Below are positions 29,707 through 35,488 of a stretch of 64,000 nucleotides of DNA, piece by piece. The stretch's first letter is position 1. Each line of letters begins with the position of its first letter. The position numbers were made by a program, and so were the translations under genes. The notes below the pieces were generated by a model. That model ran no database searches and was not told the DNA's origin. It saw only the letters and a program-made list of their open reading frames with translations. Source of the DNA: Ferrithrix thermotolerans DSM 19514 (lineage in GTDB: Bacteria; Actinomycetota; Acidimicrobiia; Acidimicrobiales; CAIXPF01); assembly GCA_945906305.1 (NCBI GenBank), contig CAMDQT010000004.1, forward strand, positions 66,117-130,116, given 5' to 3'.

Positions 29707-30185
29707 CGCTTGAGCGGCAGTCAGGTCATCGGCGCTCGGCGGGCTGAGCAGGCATGGTGCTGGCCCGGTCGACCTGAACGCCGGCCGCGCCGGAGCCTGT
29801 CGCCGCGGCCGTCAACTCCCCGCTGCGGCCGCGTGCTGGAGGCTTGTTGCCGGGCCGTTGGCGGCCCCGGCCGCTCTTGCGATGGTGGCTCGATCAACTT
29901 GCGATGGTGTCCCCATGAACGTGGAAACTGCGTCTCCGCGCGCCGGTCCGCGAGTGTCGACGGGGTGCAGGGCTCGCCACGATCCGCGTGGTGGGGGACA
30001 TGGTCGCTTCCGACCCGCCTGACCCGATCCCCGCCGTGAACTGCTCGCCCGCCCCGGACTCGACACGTCCACCCCGCTATGAGTGTCCGTGTCTCGCGGC
30101 GACTGGCACGCTCGCCCGGACTGTGTTGAGGACACCCCGACGGTGGCGGTGGACAAGATGGTCAGGTCAGGGCCTCGAGGCGCGG

Positions 30186-30258
30186 TTTCAGTGGGTGCAA
30201 CTTCCGGGCGACTGAAAGCTCGTGCAACTTCTCGGCCTTCAGTCGGTGCAACTTCACA
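30186..30258 (+). repeat. Composite repeat copy B
   Basis: GTGCAACTTC at 30195, 30222 and 30246 (spacing 27 and 24), interleaved with TTTCAG / CTGAAAG / CCTTCAG segments. Ends ...CTTCACA. Confidence 0.9.
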
Positions 30259-30320
30259 GCTGAATAGCTGGTCAGCCGCCCCGGAAGGCCCGCCGCGCTC
30301 CGTGACCGACGGTCGGGTCC

Positions 30321-30872
30321 TCAGCCGTGGACCTTCACACCGACGTAGTGCACGCCGAGCACGGTGCCCTTGGCGTCGACCATCGGCTCGTAAATCGTGT
30401 CGTACTTCTCGCCGAGGATGTCGACCACGCCGCTGAAGGCCTTGGCCTGCCGGATCTGAGCGATGACCGGTCCTGTGGGGTCGAGTTCCGTTCCGACCGC
30501 CCGCTTTCCGTCCTTCATCACGTTGGTGCTGACCCGCACGAAGGCCGAGCCCTGGGCGACGAAGAACGTGGCGGTGCAGCCGAACTCCCCGGCGACGGCG
30601 TCGACGAGGGTGAAGTCGTCGTTGACCTTCGTCGACCCGAACGACAGCACCGACCCGGACACACTCGGGGCCCCGAGCTTGGCGGCGTCGGCCTTGAGCT
30701 TCGCCATCGCTGCGCTCAACTGCTTCGCAGCAACAACAACCGTCGTCGTCGCCGACGCCGCGGCGGGCGTGGCGTCATCGCTGCCCCCACCACAGCCGGC
30801 GGACCCCACCGCCAGCACGGCGGCCACCGCGACGGCGCGGGCGATCGTGCGAGTACGAGCGTGTCCGGTCAT
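30321..30872 (-). CDS. Stand-alone Cache-domain (sCache_3_2-like) secreted/lipo-protein
   Basis: Signal peptide ending VGSAGC. VRVSTNVMKDGKRAVGTELD...GEKYDTIYEPMVDAKGTVLGVHYVGV matches the single-Cache sensor fold. SD GGGAGAG upstream. No output domain. Confidence 0.7.
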   Translation of the reverse strand: MTGHARTRTIARAVAVAAVLAVGSAGCGGGSDDATPAAASATTTVVVAAKQLSAAMAKLKADAAKLGAPSVSGSVLSFGSTKVNDDFTLVDAVAGEFGCTATFFVAQGSAFVRVSTNVMKDGKRAVGTELDPTGPVIAQIRQAKAFSGVVDILGEKYDTIYEPMVDAKGTVLGVHYVGVKVHG

Positions 30873-30938
30873 GAACTTCTCTCCCTGTCAGTCGCTCCCG
30901 GCCGTGACCGGCATGGGGGTCCTGGACGTTAGCCGCAA

Positions 30939-30966
30939 CGGCGACGGCGACGGCGACGGCGACGGC
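30939..30966. repeat. Hexanucleotide microsatellite (CGGCGA) x ~4.7
   Basis: Perfect tandem cggcga x4 plus cggc, starting 67 nt upstream of the Cache gene start. Confidence 0.9.
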
Positions 30967-31106
30967 TTGCACCCGGGTGGTGTCCGTTGGTTCCTCAGGA
31001 GGTGCCCGCTTCGGCCTTGAAGTGGGCCATGGCAAGGGTGATGAACACAGCGGCCATTGGCCGCAGAAGGCGTTACCCGGGCGGGCGCATCGGGTGGAGG
31101 TGACCC

Positions 31107-31304
31107 ATGAGGATCCTCGATCGCATCAGGTCACTGTTCGGGAACAAGCCCGGGTACGGCCGACCGGGTACCGGCCGGCTGATGTCTCTGGGCGGTGGCG
31201 AGGAGGCCGGGCGGCACGACGAGATCCGCGATGCGGCACGGACGCGTCAGTTCGGCCAGCCGTCGGACACGCTTGAGGACAGCGTCCGTCCGCCGTTGGG
31301 CTGA
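31107..31304 (+). CDS. Small hypothetical protein (65 aa)
   Basis: ATG preceded by GGAGGTG at a 4-nt spacing. My hand count gives about 82% GC at third codon positions against about 56% at second positions, which is coding-like. Amphipathic N-terminus MRILDRIRSLFG. Confidence 0.45.
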   Translation: MRILDRIRSLFGNKPGYGRPGTGRLMSLGGGEEAGRHDEIRDAARTRQFGQPSDTLEDSVRPPLG

Positions 31305-31365
31305 CCCCGCTGTGCGCCACACGACGGCGGCTCGGCCCGTCGCCGAAGCGACGACTACTCCGGCC

Positions 31366-31576
31366 GAGGCTGTTCGAGCAGAGCCGGGACGTCGAGCGGG
31401 GCCGCGCTCACGCCGAGACGTCGAAGCCGCTGCCAGCTCGTCCGGGTACCGTAGGCGATGGTCGAGACGCTCTGGATGACGACGAGGTTCATCAGCTGGC
31501 GGAAGACGATCTGCTGGAAGGACAGGACCCACACGGCCCGGCGGCGCTCCCCGTCAAGCCGCGTCGGAGCCCCGAT
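31366..31576 (-). pseudogene. C-terminal remnant of a GT2-family glycosyltransferase
   Basis: The minus frame reads ...AVWVLSFQQIVFRQLMNLVVIQSVSTIAYGTRTSWQRLRRLG...*. This resembles the conserved Q(F/I)VYRQLMY..VIQS....W..L.R.G tail of actinobacterial GT2 enzymes. An in-frame stop lies upstream at 31577-31579 and no N-terminal catalytic part is present. Confidence 0.45.
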
Positions 31577-31700
31577 TCAACCGACGTTTGTCCGCGGTTA
31601 CTCTGCCTGGCCGAGATCGCCACCGAGGACCCACGCCGCCGACATTGACCCAGACCACGGCAGCGACGGCACCACAACGCCTGGGCGGTCAGTGGGTCCG

Positions 31701-31773
31701 TTTCAGCGCGTGCAACTTCGGGGCCACTGAAGCTGAGTGCAACTTTTCGGCCTTCAGCGGGTGCAACTTCACA
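31701..31773 (+). repeat. Composite repeat copy C
   Basis: GTGCAACTTC at 31710 and 31761, GTGCAACTTT at 31737 (spacing 27 and 24). Collinear with copy B at roughly 85% identity. Ends 27 nt before the carboxyltransferase ATG. Confidence 0.9.
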
Positions 31774-31800
31774 GCTGATCCGAGCCGCTAGGTTCGCCGA

Positions 31801-33345
31801 ATGGCTCAGCCCGATTTGTCGACCGACCCCGCTCATTCGCAGCTTCCTCTCCGTCTGGAACAGCTGCTCGCCGCTAGGGCCGCCACCTTGGACGAGAACC
31901 GTCCCGCGGCGCTTGAGCGACAGCACGGCCGGGGTCGTTGGACGGCGCGAGAGCGGATCGGCGCGCTGTTGGACCCGGGAACGTTTCTGGAGTACGGCCA
32001 GCTCGCCGAGCCCAAGACCCGGGCGTTGGGGGAGGGTCCCGCCGACGGGTTGGTGATGGGGGTGGGCCTGGTAGACGGGCGAGCGGTGTGCGTGTTCACC
32101 TATGACTACACGGTGTTCGGGGGCAGCCAGAGCCCTCGTAACCATCGCAAGATGGACCGCATGCTGGCCCTGGCCGAACGCAACCGCTGGCCGGTGCTTT
32201 GCTGGTCGGAGGGGGGTGGTGCTCGAGCCACCGAACTCGATTACGACGGCGGTATGGTCACTACGTTCGTGCAGCTGGCCCGCATGTCTGGTCTCGTGCC
32301 CATCATCTGCCTTTTGTCGGGCCCCTCATTCGCGGGACAGGCCAACATCGCCGGTTGCGCCGATGTCGTGATCGCCACCCGGGCCTCGACCTTGGGTCTG
32401 TCCGGCCCGCCGTTGGTTCTCTCCGCCACTGGCGCGGCCGTCACCCCGCAAGACATTGGACCGATGGACCTGCATGAGCGCATCGGCACGGTGGACCTGC
32501 TCGTGGATGACGAGGAGCAGTTGCTGGCGACCGCCCGGGCGTATCTCGGTTACTTCGGGGGTCGGGTCCCGGCGGTGGATGCTCCCGGCGACGCCGATGC
32601 CCTACGGCGGATGGTGCCGGAAAACCCGCGCCGTGCCTATGACGTGCGACGCGTCGTGGCCGCCATTGCGGACGAAGGTGCGGTGTTGGAACTACGGCCG
32701 TTGTGGGGCCGGTGCCTGTCGACCTCGCTCGTGCGTATCGACGGCAGACCGCTTGGGGTCATCGCCAACAATCCGATGTTCGGCGCGGGTGCGATCGACC
32801 GTGACGGCGCCGACAAGTTCTCCCGGTTCGTCGAGTTGTGTAACGCCTATGACCTGCCGTTGCTGTTCCTGTGCGATACCCCGGGGTTCATGATTGGACG
32901 AGGGGCCGAGGAGACCGCTCTCGTCCGCCACAGCGCTCGCACCTTGATGGCGCTGGCCAACGCCGATGTGCCGCTGCTCACCATCGTGCTGCGCAAGGCC
33001 TACGGGCTGGGGTATTACGTGATGGGCTGCGACTGCTTCCAGCCGGAGCTCATTGTGGGTTGGCCGACGGCGGAATTCGGTGGAATGGGTCTCGAGGGCG
33101 CCGTCAATATCGTCTATCGAGATGAATTGGCCGCGGCCGTGGACGAGTCGGCTCGCAAGGAGTTGCGGGCGCGGCTGACCGAGGAAATGAAGGAGCGCAA
33201 CACGGGTCTCTCCTATGCCCGTGGTTTCGCGCTCGACGACATCATCGACCCTGCTGACACCAGGGAGGTGCTGATTAGGGCCCTAAACACCCTGCCTGCT
33301 CCGCCACCACGAACGAGCCGGAAACACCCCATCGATCCGTGGTGA
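31801..33345 (+). CDS. Acyl-CoA carboxylase carboxyltransferase (beta) subunit
   Basis: Two crotonase-like CT domains. ERQHGRGRWTARERI N-terminus typical of PccB/AccD5-like proteins. Confidence 0.85.
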   Translation: MAQPDLSTDPAHSQLPLRLEQLLAARAATLDENRPAALERQHGRGRWTARERIGALLDPGTFLEYGQLAEPKTRALGEGPADGLVMGVGLVDGRAVCVFTYDYTVFGGSQSPRNHRKMDRMLALAERNRWPVLCWSEGGGARATELDYDGGMVTTFVQLARMSGLVPIICLLSGPSFAGQANIAGCADVVIATRASTLGLSGPPLVLSATGAAVTPQDIGPMDLHERIGTVDLLVDDEEQLLATARAYLGYFGGRVPAVDAPGDADALRRMVPENPRRAYDVRRVVAAIADEGAVLELRPLWGRCLSTSLVRIDGRPLGVIANNPMFGAGAIDRDGADKFSRFVELCNAYDLPLLFLCDTPGFMIGRGAEETALVRHSARTLMALANADVPLLTIVLRKAYGLGYYVMGCDCFQPELIVGWPTAEFGGMGLEGAVNIVYRDELAAAVDESARKELRARLTEEMKERNTGLSYARGFALDDIIDPADTREVLIRALNTLPAPPPRTSRKHPIDPW

Positions 33346-33431
33346 GTCTCGGATCGCTCACCCCGGGAGCACTGGTAGCCCGCACAACGGGGTAGGTATC
33401 GGCAACGCGGCTTGGCACCTAGACTGACGTC

Positions 33432-33929
33432 ATGGCCGAACTGGGTTTCACCCACCTCGATCCGCTGGGGCGTGCCCGCATGGTGGATGTAACCCCGAAG
33501 GACCCGACCCACCGCCGAGCCGTGGCCAAGGGCCGGGTCTTCATGACCCCGGAGACGGCCTCACTCGTCGCTCGTGGGGCCGTGAGCAAAGGCGACGTGT
33601 TGGCCGTGGCGCGGGTGGCGGGAATCCAGGCCGCCAAGCGGGCATCGGATCTGATCCCGTTGTGTCATCCGCTGCTCATTGGTGGCGTGTTTGTGAACTT
33701 CCGCATCGAAGACGATCACGTCGAGATCGAGGCTCAAGTTGACACGGTGGATCGTACCGGGGTTGAGATGGAGGCCCTCACCGCGGTGGCGGTGGCGGCA
33801 CTGACGATCTACGACATGTGCAAGTCTGCCGATCGCACGATGCGTATCAGTGATATCGCGCTATGGGAGAAGTCTGGTGGTCGCTCCGGCACTTTCCGTC
33901 GTGAAATATCGCCCGATGATGCGCGATGA
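33432..33929 (+). CDS. moaC: Cyclic pyranopterin monophosphate synthase
   Basis: FTHLDPLGRARMVDVTPK, KGDVLAVARVAGIQAAK, LIPLCHPL and ALTIYDMCK motifs. Confidence 0.9.
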   Translation: MAELGFTHLDPLGRARMVDVTPKDPTHRRAVAKGRVFMTPETASLVARGAVSKGDVLAVARVAGIQAAKRASDLIPLCHPLLIGGVFVNFRIEDDHVEIEAQVDTVDRTGVEMEALTAVAVAALTIYDMCKSADRTMRISDIALWEKSGGRSGTFRREISPDDAR

Positions 33930-33980
33930 GGGCCATTTCCGACGTAATTGCCAACTTTTGCTGGCATTGACGTAACCTCT

Positions 33981-34045
33981 ACCACTAAGCAATGAAGGCA
34001 TCTTCCGTTAGTGGTTGCGACCATGGCATGTCGCAGTACCACTAA
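33981..34045 (+). promoter_or_regulatory. Candidate leader/attenuator RNA with mutually exclusive hairpins
   Basis: ACCACTAA (33981) / TTAGTGGT (34008) / ACCACTAA (34038). The middle arm can pair with either flank, and each alternative is extended by an inner 5-bp stem. Lies in an AT-rich 235-nt gap. Confidence 0.35.
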
Positions 34046-34096
34046 AACAACCACAACCCCGGGGCCGACCAACGCAATTCAGCACCGCCATTCGAC

Positions 34097-34116
34097 AAAA
34101 AAGGCAGCGCCTTTTC
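34097..34116 (+). terminator. Small terminator-like hairpin in the same leader
   Basis: AAAAGGC-agc-GCCTTTT with flanking A and T runs (bidirectional appearance), 50 nt upstream of the GTG at 34166. Confidence 0.4.
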
Positions 34117-34165
34117 ATTCGATAGGTAGTGATGGGACGGGTACCCGCCAAGGTAGGGATTACCG

Positions 34166-34693
34166 GTGAATTTCAGCACGCTTCTCGTTCTTGTGTTCCT
34201 AGTGGGAATGTGGGTGGCCCTTTTGGCTGGTCCTCTCCTGGCGCACAGAGGCTCGGGAGGTAGCCGGGGGAGAGACTCGATCAAGTCCTTCCAGCGGCAA
34301 CAATCGGTACTGGATCGCCAGCAAGGCATTGGCTCCCCAACGCTGCGTTCCTCGGCCTCTCTGGGCCGCGTGTCGGCCGCGCCTCGTCTGATGTCGAACC
34401 GCTCGGGCCAGGAGCGCTCTCGTATGGCTGCTCAGCGGCGCAAGATGATCGTGACGGTGCTGAGCGGGTCGACCCTCACCTTCTTGCTGTTGTCCTTCAT
34501 GAAGGGTGGCCCGTTCCTCATGCTGTGCATTGCGAGCGCAGCGCTGATGGTGAGCTATGTGGGCCTGATGATGTACCTGCTCGGGGCCAACGCCGAGCGC
34601 GAGATGAAGGTGGCCTTCCTGCCTCACCGCAACTCCGCGGCCGAGCCGAGCAGGCCCTTGAACCTGCGCGAAGCGTCTGCCGGACGGCGCTGA
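34166..34693 (+). CDS. Hypothetical membrane protein (3 predicted TM helices)
   Basis: N-terminal TM, a basic/Ser-rich linker (SIKSFQRQQSVL), then two C-terminal TM helices. GTG start. Confidence 0.6.
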   Translation: MNFSTLLVLVFLVGMWVALLAGPLLAHRGSGGSRGRDSIKSFQRQQSVLDRQQGIGSPTLRSSASLGRVSAAPRLMSNRSGQERSRMAAQRRKMIVTVLSGSTLTFLLLSFMKGGPFLMLCIASAALMVSYVGLMMYLLGANAEREMKVAFLPHRNSAAEPSRPLNLREASAGRR

Positions 34694-34698
34694 GCCCA

Positions 34699-35388
34699 AT
34701 GGGGGTCGATGGCGGGGGCGCGAGTGCGGCTCTGCGGGTCGCCTTGGCATCAGTCATCGACGAGATCGTCCTCGGCCTAGAAGATGCCAATCGGGCGCGG
34801 GAGACGGCCCTGCGGGAATGCCGCACCGTGATCCGACTGTGTGGCAGCAGCATCCGAAGCGTGCACCGCGGCGACACTGGCGCCGCGGCGGCGACGCTCG
34901 CCGACGCCGATGCTGCATTGCGCCGGGCCCAGGCAGCCTTGCTGCCCTTCCCCCATCTGACCCACGCCGGATTCCTGCATGACGCCGAGAAGGAGTACGT
35001 GGAGGCCTGTTGTACTCAGGTGCTGGTGGAAGGGTCGCCTCTGCTTCCTGGCCCGACGGAGTTGGCGGTGGATGGCCGCTCCTGGCTGAGAGGTTTGGCC
35101 GAAGCGGCCAGCGAATTGCGTCGGCATCTGCTCGATCGACTGCGCGAGGGTGATCTTGAGCGAGCGGAGAGTCTCACCCGGTCCATGGAGGAGGTCTATG
35201 ACGCCCTAGTGGTCATCGACTTTCCCGATGCGCTCACCCTGGGGTTGCGCCGCACCCTGGACGCCCTACGGGCGGTGCTTGAACGCAGCAGGGCCGATGT
35301 GACGACCACCGCCGTGCAGCATCGGCTGTGGACCGCCATCGAGGGAGCCAACTTGTCCGGCCTTCCGCCGGGTTCCGCTATCGTGTGA
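34699..35388 (+). CDS. Translin-family (COG2178) protein
   Basis: SIRSVHRGD, EKEYVEA, WLRGLAEAASELRR, DFPDAL and LRRTLDALR match the translin-like pattern. Starts 5 nt after the upstream stop. Confidence 0.7.
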   Translation: MGVDGGGASAALRVALASVIDEIVLGLEDANRARETALRECRTVIRLCGSSIRSVHRGDTGAAAATLADADAALRRAQAALLPFPHLTHAGFLHDAEKEYVEACCTQVLVEGSPLLPGPTELAVDGRSWLRGLAEAASELRRHLLDRLREGDLERAESLTRSMEEVYDALVVIDFPDALTLGLRRTLDALRAVLERSRADVTTTAVQHRLWTAIEGANLSGLPPGSAIV

Positions 35389-35402
35389 AGTTCCATCCTT
35401 CG

Positions 35403-35479
35403 GGGGGTGTAGCTCAGTTGGCTAGAGCGCTACGTTCGCAACGTAGAGGCCGTGGGTTCGAATCCCATCACCTCCACCA
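35403..35479 (+). tRNA. tRNA-Ala (anticodon CGC)
   Basis: Cloverleaf folds by hand. Acceptor GGGGGTG/CACCTCC has the G3:U70 Ala identity pair. Anticodon loop TTCGCAA, T-loop GGTTCGAATCC, encoded CCA end. Confidence 0.95.
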
Positions 35480-35488
35480 AGTCTTGTT

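Noticed and set aside
29710-30156. ORFs 29710-30039 (+), 29812-30156 (-) and 29988-30215 (+) between repeat copies A and B as possible cargo genes.
   Set aside because: The products are low-complexity Arg/Ser/Pro/Gly. No frame shows coding-like third-position GC enrichment in my hand tally. No SD sequences.
30186-31773. Whether the GTGCAACTTC arrays are a small CRISPR array.
   Set aside because: The repeats are only 10 nt with 14-17-nt intervening segments that are themselves conserved between loci. There are only three units per locus, one locus is inverted, and no cas genes are present.
31588-31791. The 67-aa ORF over copy C as a RiPP precursor (triple CNF core) matured by the neighbouring radical SAM enzyme.
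   Set aside because: The radical SAM gene is a bona fide moaA (CNFRCTYC motif, C-terminal GG). No other maturase, transporter or protease is adjacent. Copy B lacks a start codon and copy A is frame-broken. Kept only as a low-weight alternative in the findings.
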